From the NCBI GenBank assembly GCA_008632985.1, contig QPGO01000078.1, forward strand, positions 248,001 through 312,000: 64,000 nt of DNA, in the 5' to 3' direction. Shown one piece after another: positions 1 through 11,693 of the stretch. The notes below the pieces were generated by a model. The model ran no database searches. It worked only from the letters and a program-made list of their open reading frames with translations, and was not told where the DNA came from. Each line of letters begins with the position of its first letter. The stretch's first letter is position 1. The stretch comes from Psammoneis japonica. Its lineage: Eukaryota. Both the position numbers and the translations under genes were made by a program.

Positions 1-390
1 CTTGCTCCTTTTCACTTGCTTCTTGTCAACACATTGCATGCAGATTATGAAAGAGAGAGAGAGAGAGAGCTTCAAACCTTTGGGTTTTTCAGCCCACCAC
101 ACCCAGCCCTTGCAGTTCTCTGGCTGTCTGGGTTACCACAGAAGTTGACTCAGCCACAAGCAACCCAACAGCTGCAGCAGCCTTGGCAAAGCCACGGCAC
201 CCAGAATGTAGAGTGCAGTGGAGAGAAACAGAGGGTAATCGTCCAAAGTGCTTCTTGCTAAAAAATGCATTTTTTACTTTTAACTCATCACAACTCTCAA
301 GTAAAATTTCCGACGAAAAGACAAACAGGATTCTATGGAGTGGACATCAAACTTCAACAATGCAAAACCATTTCTCTGACAAAACTCTTT

Positions 391-3300
391 TCACACCATT
401 GATGCCATGCAGAGAGACCAAAACATGGAACCGAACCAAAGAGAAAGAGAGAAAGTCTTTGAACCTCCATCAGAAGAGTGTGCTTTTGCTGCGGAGGGTG
501 CAATCACGGCATCGATCGAATGGATGATCCCGGAATTAGATAGAAAGCGACCTCCGGTGATTTCTGAACCGCCGACTGTTGTCCTGTTCTCAGTCTCGTC
601 ATGCATCACTGTTAATACCTTCCCTGACAATGTTGTTAGCGGTTGGCCTTCCACTTTGGACAAGTCGGCGTAGACACCAATGATGATGTGGTCTAAAAGA
701 CTGGCACGGAGTTTTCCAATGTCTGTATTGGATCCAGGAAAAATTCCGTCGAATGCTTCATCCACTGGTGCAAGCAGCGTGTGATTGGTTAGATTTTCTA
801 CTTCTTCCTGTAGGTCCGCTGCTAGGATAGCATCAATCAAAATGTTGTGGGTCGTGGAAGCAGCTTGAATGAGGTTTTGGAACACAAAAGGTGGTGGCAG
901 GACTCGTGAGATTCCGTGAGCGGCTCCATCTCTTGCAACCATGTCACCCCGTACAATACTTGATTCCACAGAAGCTGTGTCAGAGGACCAAACAATTGTC
1001 ATCGTGTCAAGCCCCGTTCGCACCGATATCTGCCCATTTCCAGGAAACAGTTCCTCGCCTTGTTCAAACTCAGGAGTAAATGCTACAATGTCCTCTAGGA
1101 AGTGATAGAGGAGAAGCTCACGGAGATGAAGCGACCACGCCGGTTCCTGAAACACTACCGGTTGCGATCTCGGAAACTGCTGCCCAAAGGCCGTGAATGC
1201 ATCGTTCGTAGGAAGAAATGCGGTGAACGGGGTTGTCGGGGAGAATTTGTCAAACAGCTGACTCGTTTGGAACGCATTGTTTACAAAGCTAAACTCATCA
1301 AACATCGCAGCATATTCTTGAATCGATGGAATCAATGTCTCATTCAGGAGATGCACAATTCCATCTTCGGCGAAAATGTCGCCCCTTATTAAGCTGGCAC
1401 CGTTAAATTTTAGAGAGTCGCCTTTCCAACTCGCAATGAGTGGCAAGCCTGCTTCGCTGGTGAACTCCACATCATCTTTAATAGAGTATGATGGATGCAC
1501 AAGCGCAATTGCATGCATCGCAACAACATACTTGAGTGCATCGGGATGTTCTGGCGACGAAAAAATGAAATGATTCTGTCGTCTAGCATCTCTATGGCTT
1601 GGGGAGAAGGTAGTAGAACCGTTATCACTTCCGATCTATTGGTAAGTAGCCCGGACTGGATGTTCCAGTCCGCCACTTCACTTGATTCACCGGTAGCAAC
1701 ATCAAGAATGCTTCTGCCGAAAAAGTCGGGTCGAAGAATACTGTCGACAATGTGAACAACGCCTATATTGCCGTAAACATGGAAACTGAGGCAACATCTA
1801 ACAATGGTTCTGTGATCCACGACAAGCACATTCTACTCACCGTCAGTGCCAATCAAATCTTGGACAATTATTGTGGCGTTACTAACTGACACGTCGGGGT
1901 TTTCGCCATCATCATCTGGATTGGCTGTCACGGAAATTGATAGCTCCTCGCCCATGACTGTCGTAACGGTCCCGCCATCCAGAGATATTAAATCGGCCGT
2001 TAGATACCGACCGCTGACAAGGTGGTGCTTTATCCAGTTCTGTAGGTGCCAGGAATAGTGGGGCCTCCTGATAATTTTGCTGAGCAAATCAGCGTCCGTG
2101 AATGCATCGTTCACAGGGGCGAAGAGCGTTAAATCCCCAGGACCACCCACCATTTCCCTTGTCAGGCCGGAATCCGCCCAGAAGGATACTTCGATACTTA
2201 ATTCCGGTATGCTATAAACGATGGATGCAATGCTACTTTGATTGGTACCATTGACAGGGCGTGAAACGGATGGACTATCACTTGTGTTTTGTGACGGGGG
2301 CGGTGCAAAAAGCACAGCCGGATCAAACGGACATCTACCGTCCCCGTTAACAAATCCAGTAATGACCGGTTTGCGCTGAATGGACACTTGGCGCGAACCG
2401 CAGTCCTCAAAGGCATCAATCTCATCCAACCAGGAAGGATTCAAGACAAAGTCATCTTCGATGGGTTGATGCTTGAAAAAGAGCTTCGAGTCAGCGTAAC
2501 TCGATCGAGTAAAAGGCGTTAACATCTCAATGACACCAATCTCGATATTGTAGTCATCACCAGGATTGCGTCGACCGTACACGCGGAAGAGGACCGTGTT
2601 GGCGTTATCATTGCCTTTGCTGGGTACACCCTCTAAAGTCTCGACCAGAAAGGCTGAGCTGTAGGGTCTAGGAGGAAGGCTCAGATGTGGCGACGATGGC
2701 ACAAGTGTCAGCCCAAAGGGAATCACAGCATTGCTGGAGTTACTCTCACCGTGTGATGCCCAATCGGAGAGGCCTATCATTTGGAAACAATCGGTCCATG
2801 AATTCGATTTTCCAATGAAAAGGCGAAAGCCAAGGCTCGCGACCGTCTTGTCTGTCATGAGCGGTGATAAGTGTTTGGCACCTGTGTCGAATAGTTGTAA
2901 TTGAAGAGTTCGTAATGTCAACTCCATCGACACGCGCAGTTGCAACAAGGTTCACGGAGGGCAATCCATCTAAAAGGCATTTAATAGCAAGTCCTGGATT
3001 AGGCCGCGACAAGTCAGGAAGGGGATCTCCCGTCGACACTCTAAGAAGACAATTCTGAGTTCCAGTTCGAATGAGTCCGGTGAAGGGATGATCTGTATTG
3101 GTACTACGGAAGGCAACCTTTGCTACTACACCGCCGTGTTCATGAACGGTTTTGATGCGTCCCTGAGGCATTTCATCTGCCACAAAGGTAAAGGTAGTGG
3201 GGACAGATTGTTGGGCTATTGCAAATGCCCGTTCTCGCAAAACACGAGTCGGAGAACTTTGGTCGCTTGTTCCTACAACCCTACCCCACAAGAAGGACAA

Positions 3301-3537
3301 CTTGGACGATGCAGATTGGGATTCGTACGCATTGTCGGCAACATGGGAACAAACGTCCGCACTCTCATTGTCGACTTCAGGTTCGCAGCCATCCAAAGTA
3401 GCACATCGATCAAATGTGAAGCAATCAAAGATCTCTGCTGTGCACATGGATACACATGGGCAACCACCCAATGTTAACTCGCTCCCGGCAGCGAGCGCAA
3501 TTTTGGTGCTAAGGATGATTCCACTAAGCAACCGCAT
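391..3537 (-). CDS. Secreted/surface protein: N-terminal catalase-like domain followed by several fasciclin (FAS1) domains and a hydrophobic C-terminal tail; multi-exon, with apparent frameshifts
   Basis: Joins ORFs 2746..3564, 1833..2948, 1410..1829 and 391..1518. Signal-like MRLLSGIILSTKIALAAG; catalase-like motifs RIKTVHEHGGVVAK, HPFTGL, LLRVS, PGLAIK; FAS1 motifs LTLFAPVNDAF, FTAFLPTNDAF, GVVHIVDSIL, GIIHSIDAVI. GT-AG introns at about 2661-2749 and 1763-1840; frameshifts near 2900 and at the A-run near 1560. Confidence 0.75.
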
Positions 3538-3867
3538 TGATTCGACGGAGAATGGCATGGCCACGATGGGAATAACAGCAATGTCGACTCATCTGTCGAC
3601 AGTCGACAGTCGACAATCGACAGCCCGGTGTGCCTGCTGCTTGCTGTCAGCAGCTGATGTATGGTAGTTGGAAGTTGGAACTTCAAGTCCAAACTTGGAA
3701 CCCGACGGAGTTCGCTCCAAAGATTTGGTTCTCCAGCCCTCAGCCCCCACATCTGCTGCCCGACATTGGACATTTTCCACATTGCCCTTCCTTCAAACCC
3801 ACCCCTGCGTCAGTGGAGAGTATGGTTGGTGATGTCATGATGATGTATGCTCACGTCATGGCATTTT

Positions 3868-4177
3868 TACTACGAATTGCAAGACAATTGCGCGATTCAC
3901 GTGCCCGAAGGGTGATTGTTGAAATTCGAGCTTCGCGCACGTAGAGCCTGTAGAAAATGTACCAGCCAGCCCGAAGCTCCGATTTGCGTAGATCACGTAG
4001 GAGAGTACCACAAGGTCATTTGATGAAATGACTGGGACGATTTAGACGACCAAATGAAAATTTTGATACCACATCATACGTAGAAATGACATCTGCGCGA
4101 AGGGAGAATGTTGCTTCGGGCAACGATATTCCACCTTCGGGCACGTGAATCGCGCAATTGTCTTGCAATTTGTAGTA
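3868..4177. mobile_element. MITE (310 bp) with 44-bp terminal inverted repeats
   Basis: Left arm 3868-3911 tactacgaattgcaagacaattgcgcgattcacgtgcccgaagg; the right arm 4134-4177 is its reverse complement with 1 mismatch; no coding capacity. Confidence 0.85.
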
Positions 4178-5083
4178 TATTTCTATTCATGTAAAACCAA
4201 TTACATTTGTACACAAATGCTCATAGTTGCAGGAAAAATCCTGAACCATGCAGGAGATTACTTTTGCATATATGTGTATTCGCCTTAATACGAATATTCT
4301 CTTCTCAACGCATGTGATGACATCATCACACATCACACACAACCACATCCCATAGTGCCACTGACGCAGGGGTGCTTCAAACCGTTCAAACTCTCAAAAC
4401 CGCACGCACATGCATCGCATCATGCAACATGAAGTCACGCGGGACTCATTTCATGCACGCATTCTGCACAAGTCATCGGCGCACACATCAACCACAGGAT
4501 CATCTGGGCAGCCATTGTGCACTGTTTTGGATCCTTGCAGCAGCAGCATCAATGCTCATTGCCAGTCTCTTCCATCACAGCAAATGATGTTGTGTTGTTT
4601 GATTGAAGGCAACTGGCGCAATTTTGACAAACAGAGCTGCATCTGGGACACCAACAACCCAGGTGTCGCACCAGCCGTCAAGATTTCTTGAAACAAAACC
4701 CGACATTCTCTCCCTTTAATCCAAGATCGTGCTAATTTGTCAAGTCAGCTTTTCTGAAATGTTCAACAACAAACATCTGTGTTCCTCAATTCAACTGTTT
4801 GCCCCCCCCATCCGACAAGCCTTGTGTGTGTGTTTGGCTCCATTTTAATTTCTGGATTGTGTGTTAATCAACTTTCTGGATCAAAATCGCCGCCCACATC
4901 TGTCAATCTAGATTCTAGTTGTCTTCTCAATTTTCTCTCCCTGCCCATTCCATCCTTCCTTCCCGTCCATCCGCACGTTGCATCTCTGTGTTTCTGCCCT
5001 CACTGTGTCCCCAAGTGATCGTTGCTGCACCCACTGTTTCCTTTCGATTCTCTTCTCAACTCCTTCGTCTGTGCACATCGGCC

Positions 5084-6910
5084 ATGTCGTCTGATGGTCT
5101 TGTTTGTCCATGGTGCAAACGAACTGGTTTCTTTTCCGAACGTGGCCTCAGCAGGCACATCGCAACTAGCCACCTCCGTTCCGCCGTTTCCACCAAGTCT
5201 TTTGGTTGTCCTCGTTGCGGACAACGTGGATTTTGACTCTGAAAACAACGTGCAGCATCACCTGTCTCGGCACTGCACCGCAGCATCTGGTCTCCATCCC
5301 CCATTGACACAGTTGCACCGCACAACCCAGTTGTCTTCTTCATCCGGCGGAACATCTCTTTCTTCTCATCCTCTGGATTCCGCCTCCGTTGGCTCTCTTG
5401 GATCCAACACCAACAAACCCAAATGCCCCCATTGCCGTGTTCCCTTTTCCAACATCGCCCTTCATCTACAGAAGCACTCACCCTGCCGTGAAAAGGAGGA
5501 AATGTCCCCTCACCTGCGTGCCGCATCTTCTGCTGCCGCCAACGCACTTTCCCCTCCAGATGATGAATCACTGGACGACCATGATGAATCACTGGATGAC
5601 CATGATGATCCTGCTGGGTTTGGTTTCTCCGATGATGAACCCCCTCCTCCCCTCCCCAAAGTCCTTTGGAATCCAGCTCCATCTCCTCCCACACCAACGG
5701 ACAATTCTTCTCCAGCTTGTCCTCCCTCTGCCGGAAGTGGACTGCGCCCACCCTCCGTCAGAGCCACCAACGCTGCTGCCGCCAGTGCAGCCTCCCAAAA
5801 TGCCCGCCGATTTGTTTTGTTTGCAGATGATGGTGTGTCCGCCCTTGGAGAGGACAGTCCTGTGGATGTTCCTGAGTTCATTGGAGCTGACCGTCACGAT
5901 GGCAGTTGTGGCCCCCCCTCAATTTCCTGTCCGACAGAAGAGCCTGTTTCCTCCCTCGATCAACACAACCCTCTTGGCCCGCCGCGTGATGTTGCACCCG
6001 ATGAGGATTTCGATGTGCCTCCAGTCTGCTCACCCAGCATTGCACCCATGGCACGTTTGCTGCATTTGTGTTGTCGGTCAGGTGTTGCAATTGACTTTGT
6101 TGACAAAGCAATGAGAATTTTGCATGAAGAGCATGCAGAAAAAAGACTGGATTTGTCAAAGCCACCCATCACGACCGCCGTGGCGATGAAGCAACTCCTG
6201 GGGTCATTTCCCAATGTTCCTCTCCCCCACACTGCTGCTGTGATGCTAGAATGTAACAATCCAACACAGCAACAGAAGGATGGACCCAAATGTCATCACT
6301 CCCCACCTTTCCCGGTTTGCAGTTTCACCGAGACCTTGCAGGATCTCTTCACCAAGCCAGTGTTCCGTGATCTTTCCAAGTTGCAGGTCAATCCAAATGA
6401 TGTCTGATCACCTCATGTGCCACCCCCCACTGACGGTGATTTGGATCCCAGCGCTAGCCAGGCTGACGGTTTTGAGATGTCATTCCCGGATCATCCTGGT
6501 GACTGGCGATTGTCCACTCAAACTCAAGACATGGGTGACGGCAAGTGGCAACAACGTTGCTCCAATGCCAAGGAAACGGCATCAGATTTTCACGTTCACC
6601 TTGTTGATTGCTCGGACAAGACCAGAGTCAATGCGGTCAATCCTCACGGGATGGAGCCTGCAATGTGCTCACTTGCCATGATTGGAGAGGATGCACGCTG
6701 TGACTGCCGTTGTTGGCGTCCACTTGGATTCACACCCAATTTGGACAGGAAAGACAAGAAAGACAAGCTTGGGTGCCTTGTTGTTGCCAACTGTCACCGA
6801 GAACAACACAGCCTCAATTTGGTGTCAGGGCTGTTTTCTGTGCCAAACGGGGCCAGATGCACCGGCGGGGGACAACAGCCAGATGGATTGTTGGTCAACG
6901 CTGCAGGTTG
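5084..6910 (+). pseudogene. Plavaka-like transposase remnant with N-terminal C2H2 zinc fingers
   Basis: CPWC..RGLSRHIATSH and CPHC..LHLQKHSPC fingers; LQDL..LQVNPND, CSDKT (expected YSDKT), MEPAMCSL and WRPLGFTPNL motifs; frameshifts and in-frame TGA. Confidence 0.55.
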
Positions 6911-8199
6911 AGTCAGGTGGAATGTCATGGGAGAGAAGTGCAATGTGTCGGACGAAAAAGAGATTTGTCGGATCCATTTCGGCAACGTGGCCCAGGAGGT
7001 GAGGGATTGGGCAGCATTCTTCGGGGTGGGATCATTTTGAGGTTGTTGTTTTGCAAAGGGAATGACAAGGCTGCGGAGGACAAGAGACAGAGTTGCCCAA
7101 ACGTCATGTGTTTGCTGCTCAACATGAGTTGATCAGCGACTTGGACAAGATTCAGGACAATGTGGTTTGCTGCGGGAGATGCACTTTATGTCATGACACT
7201 GTGCAGGCCAGCATTGGGTGCACACGTAAAAAAGTGACACCAAAGGTGTTTGTCAACACACACATGTGTGACAAAAAACTGATGCCAAATTCTTCTGTTG
7301 ACAAATGTGTTTGACAACAGAAAGACAATGCCAAATTACTTTGTCGACACACAGTTGCAACAACAAAAAAGTGACACCAAATTGCTGTGTTGACAGATGG
7401 GTGCATTGCTGAAAAAGTGGTGCCTGTCATTTGCAATTGTTCGTTGCATGCAAAATTCCAAAAGAGTTTGTTTGTGGTGCAGAATGAATGGTGGATGGCA
7501 GCTGTTCCTTTGTGTCTGCCCTGTGGCGATGTGAAAATGTCTCACAAGATCACTGGCAGGACAGTGTGCAACAAAATTGTTTTCTGCACTTTTGAGACAG
7601 CTGGGATGACCCATTGATGAGATCATGCAGCAAACAGGATCGACAAAGATCACATCACACAGGACTGTCTACGAAAAAAACGTCTGTGGTGCACCCGACA
7701 GATGGACTGCCGTTGTCAACACATCACACGGGACTGTTTGCAAAAAAAACATCCGTGGTGCACACAACAGACAGACTGCCGTTGGCAACACATGTTCATC
7801 AAAAAAGCCGTTTTCGTTGCACAGTGATGGATGCAGACTTTCACTGGATTGGGTCTGTTCCACTTAAAGAAAAAGACCAGGTGCCATTTGATTGGGTGGA
7901 CAGGCATTTTCAGAGAATGGCGTGTGAGTGTTCTGTGAACGGATGCCGGAAATTTGCCCGTTGGCCGACAAGTCATGCCAGAAACATGTCGTCAAGAGCA
8001 AGACGGCCGGGTCCAAAGAAAGAGTGAACCAGGAAAGAAAAAAAGGCTGCTTGCAAAAATTCAAAACACCACTGCCCCTGCTCAACCAGACAACAACACT
8101 GGCAAACAAGGCACCAAGCAGCAAGGGAGAGAAGGAAGGACACCGTTTTGTTGGTGAGTTTGCCATTGACAAAAAGGACAAGGCAGAAGGTGTTGGGTT

Positions 8200-8640
8200 G
8201 GCAGAAAAAATGTTGGAGTCAATTCCTGGCTTTCCCCTGGCAGGTGATTCATGCAGAAAGACATCCCGGCACACAGTGGCAAATGCTCCTGCTTCAAGTT
8301 CAAGATCAAACTTCTGGTCAAAGGGGGAAATTCATCGCGATTACATGGAAACCAAATTGTTGCCTGGTGACAAAATTTTCACCATGTTTCTGTTCCTCGA
8401 TGACACAACGGAGCACAGTGGTGCAGTTGAGACATGGCCGGATGGTTGTGAGGTGACATTGAGTGAGAAGGAACGCAAAAGACACTTGGGTTGGGTTTGG
8501 AAAAACAATTGCTGGTTGGAGAAGCAGGCACTGCATTTGTTTTTGATGCAAGAATGTTGCACCGAGCTTTGCCCAACAAAACGAATTCGGATGAAGGAAC
8601 ATGGCATGTCCAGCCCATGATTTTGACACAGCAAGCGTGT
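8200..8640 (+). pseudogene. PhyH-like 2-oxoglutarate/Fe(II) dioxygenase remnant inside the transposon
   Basis: EIHRD (HxD) ... FLFLDDTTEHSGAVETWP in ORF 7928..8620, continued after a frameshift by GEAGTAFVFDARMLHRALPN in ORF 8491..8703 (distal His). Confidence 0.6.
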
Positions 8641-8829
8641 GAACATGGCAACGGTGTGAACAATCAGGTGTTGGAGTGCGAAACCAGTGAAGCAGTGGGT
8701 TAACACAGGCAAAAAGCAGGTTTGTGCAAAGGGCCAATTAACAATGCATTGCTCACATGGACGAAAGTTGCACTGTGGACAAAGGGGAATTGCAAAGTTG
8801 CCCACTTTTGGCAGGCTTGCATTTGCATT

Positions 8830-9420
8830 TGATGTCAGACCCCAGGTCGTTCCCAGTGGAATGCCTTGTCTCCACGGCATCGTCTCTTTTCTTGGTGCAC
8901 TTGTGAAGCAGGTGCCTGTCGACACCACCTCCCCATGACAGATCGTCTGGACAGGCAGGAACAAAGAATGCTTCATGCCTCCATTTGTGGGCATGCACAC
9001 AAAACATCACGTCCAGTGAAATGACAAGAGCACCTTCAGGACACTCGTTGGACAGCATCTCCTCAAGTTGGTTCTGTGTCGCATTGTTGTCAAAAAGCAT
9101 TTGCCCATTGCAGTCATTGAAGAAAATCTTTAAGTTGTTCAGACGGTGCAACCGACGCACAGCATCATCTTCAGAGAGGAAGTCCTGATTGATCAGGGCA
9201 GGAAAGCGACTGGCATTGTTGTGCCATGTGGCACTGCACCACTGAGAGCCCAGATCATGATGGGGACGGTGGAACTCGATGCTGCAGGCATTGCAGGCAG
9301 GAACAAGCAAACAACAGGCAATCGCAAAACCGCCAACACCACCACCAACGTCGAGGAAATTAAAATGGCTTCGAATTTGTGCCGCAAAGAGAGCGGGGTT
9401 ACAAATGACCTCAGCGGAGA
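8830..9420 (-). pseudogene. DOT1-like class I SAM-dependent methyltransferase remnant inside the transposon
   Basis: In ORF 8753..9703: motif I FLDVGGGVG (restores to FLDVGSG by reverting T|G to T|A), SIE, QDFL, KIFFND, and EGALVISL, in the order seen in DOT1-type domains. Confidence 0.5.
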
Positions 9421-10202
9421 AGGCAAAGCTTGCTGCACCACCGTGTGATTCCACACCACCACCAGCAAAACGACCAATTTGATCATCAATTGGCGGCATG
9501 TGATTGCAGTGGAGGGAACACATGTTCCTGTGATGGGAGTGACTCATGACAACCACACCCCAGTGACAACAACACACTTCAGTGGCCATTGAAAGTAGAT
9601 TGGATAATTTGGGCAACAGAGAGAGCAGCTGGAGAGACATGGCATCGGGGAAGCAGAGAGAATGACCTGTTAAGACAGGGACAACAAACAGGAGGTTTGA
9701 CACGACTCAACATGCCAAATGAAGCAGATGTTGTGTCAGGAAGCAGGCGCAATGCATGCATTGACATGAGGAGACATGATGTGTTGTTTGGCATTGATTC
9801 AAATGACATCACAATCTTCATTGGTGTGTTGGATTGGCCGGCAAAGGTGCACAATTCAAAACAGTGAAACGTTGACAGAAATGCAAACATGGGATTAGGA
9901 GTGAGCACTCAAAAATGATGCAAAGACCTGTTTGAATCGAGAGAGGACACGCGAGCAATGACAAAACCGAGAAAATCACATGCAAAGTGCGTTCATTTCG
10001 CAACTTGCCTCTTTCATAAAGCAACAGGAAAGGACGGAAGTTCCAAACAAGAGGAAGCCATTGGGAAGGTAAAAAAAATGGAGGACACGGTTCTCACAGG
10101 AGCAACGGAGGGAGGAAGTGTGGCTTCCAGTGGCAAGTGAGGTTGAGAAAGGACATGACAAAGAGTTGCTGATGAACTGACACAATTGTTGGACACATCT
10201 GT

Positions 10203-11300
10203 GTGGTGTCACATGAAGTCACCATGAGTCCTGCGGTGGCGGCCTTGTTGCATGCACAAAGAAATGAACATGGGGAGTTGAACAGATTCCAGCACGCAGG
10301 TGGGGATTCAAGTTCGGTGGTGACTCCCACAGAGGGATGTCTTGTGTTGGATCGTGCACCGGTGGTGGGCGAGAAATTGATGGCATCGATGATGACAAAG
10401 GTTGTCAATGAGAGTGTTTGGCCATGTCGCAAGTTCACAATCTTTGATCATGAACTCGCCGTGGGAGGAGATTGCATGAAATTGGTTCTGCAGGAGTTGA
10501 GGAGCATGGCGTCTTCACCGGAGAAGTTCTGGGAAGAACGCAAAGAGGTGTTCAGGACCAAACTCAACCGAAAGAGGAACAATGTGCAGGACAACATTGG
10601 GAGGAGAATGACAGGCAAGCAGATGTGTGCGTGCTGTTGACTGTGTTGGAGGCGATTGTCCAACGGGATGAGTGTCGCTTCCTTTGCTTTTGTCTGTGCA
10701 GTTGCTGCTTTAGAGGGATCGCTGGTGGATTGTGAAGATTTGACAAAGGGAAGCAATGACAAGGACACATGCGCATGGTTCTTGGAAACTGTGGTGCCTG
10801 CGGTGGTGGGACAAGTGCAATTTGGCAGAAGCACAACCGACATGCTTCAGGAATGGCTTTCCATTTCATCGGAGGCGTTTGCTCTGCCAGTGCACTTGAA
10901 CTGCTGCAACAAGGTGAAGGACACGGCAGAGAAATTGGAAAAGGAGGAAAATGTTGCAAGGAGAAGAAAGCCAACTTTGAAAGACGCTGCTCCTGCAAAG
11001 TGCGCAGCACAGGCGGCAGGGGAATCGGCAAAGAGGAACCAAGGATGGAGCAAGGAGGGGATCAAGAAGCAGCACAATGATCTGTGTCAGTGGGTGGTGA
11101 AAGACAGAGAGAACAACCAGGATTCGGTGCATGGTTCAAGGAGAGAAGGCAAGAGAAGACAAACTTGTCTCAGGAGGAAAACAAGAAACGCAAAAGAGAG
11201 GAAAAAAGAAAGGAGAGAGAGGAAGGATGGGCAGCGCCGATGGGAGAGGACCTGCCATTGCAGGCGGTGGCTGCAGGCAACGGAGTGGCAGCAAACACCG
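10203..11300 (+). pseudogene. Transposon accessory ORF remnant
   Basis: FRTKLNRKRNN, ISSEAFAL and GWSKEGIKKxxNDLCQWVVKDRE segments spread over several frames; TpA-depleted. Confidence 0.4.
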
Positions 11301-11693
11301 TAATGGCCACCAACCAAACTGGTGTGCAAACGTAATTTGAAACAAACAACAAAATCTGGACAAGCGAAAATTAAAAAAAAATTCTGCAACGCGGTTTAGA
11401 TGCAAGAACGTGTGGCAATTGGGAATTTGGATTAGAAAATGACACAGCAAAGAGATAAAATGTAGGACGAGTTGGAAGAAAAGGAGGGTGGATTACAAGC
11501 AGCAACATTTGTGTCAAAAGAACGAGAAACCCCAAATGTCAATTGGGGTGGAGGTCAGCATTGTGTGAAAAGAATGACCACACTTAAAAGTGAGAAGCGA
11601 TTTGGGTTTTAGAAGCTTGTAAACTCGCACAGTTCTCATGTTACATTTAAGGAGAGAATTGGCTTATAAGTTGACAACAATCTGGCATTAAAG

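Larger units (their letters stand above)
4300..11650 (+). mobile_element. Degenerate Plavaka-like DNA transposon with cargo ORFs (boundaries approximate)
   Basis: Contains a C2H2-finger/transposase-like remnant (5084-6910), an accessory ORF (10203-11300) and two enzyme-like cargo ORFs; TpA strongly depleted throughout. Termini were not resolved. Confidence 0.55.

Noticed and set aside
3593..3623. tcgacag 7-bp tandem repeat upstream of the fasciclin gene as a regulatory site
   Set aside because: No independent evidence of function; could be simple slippage.
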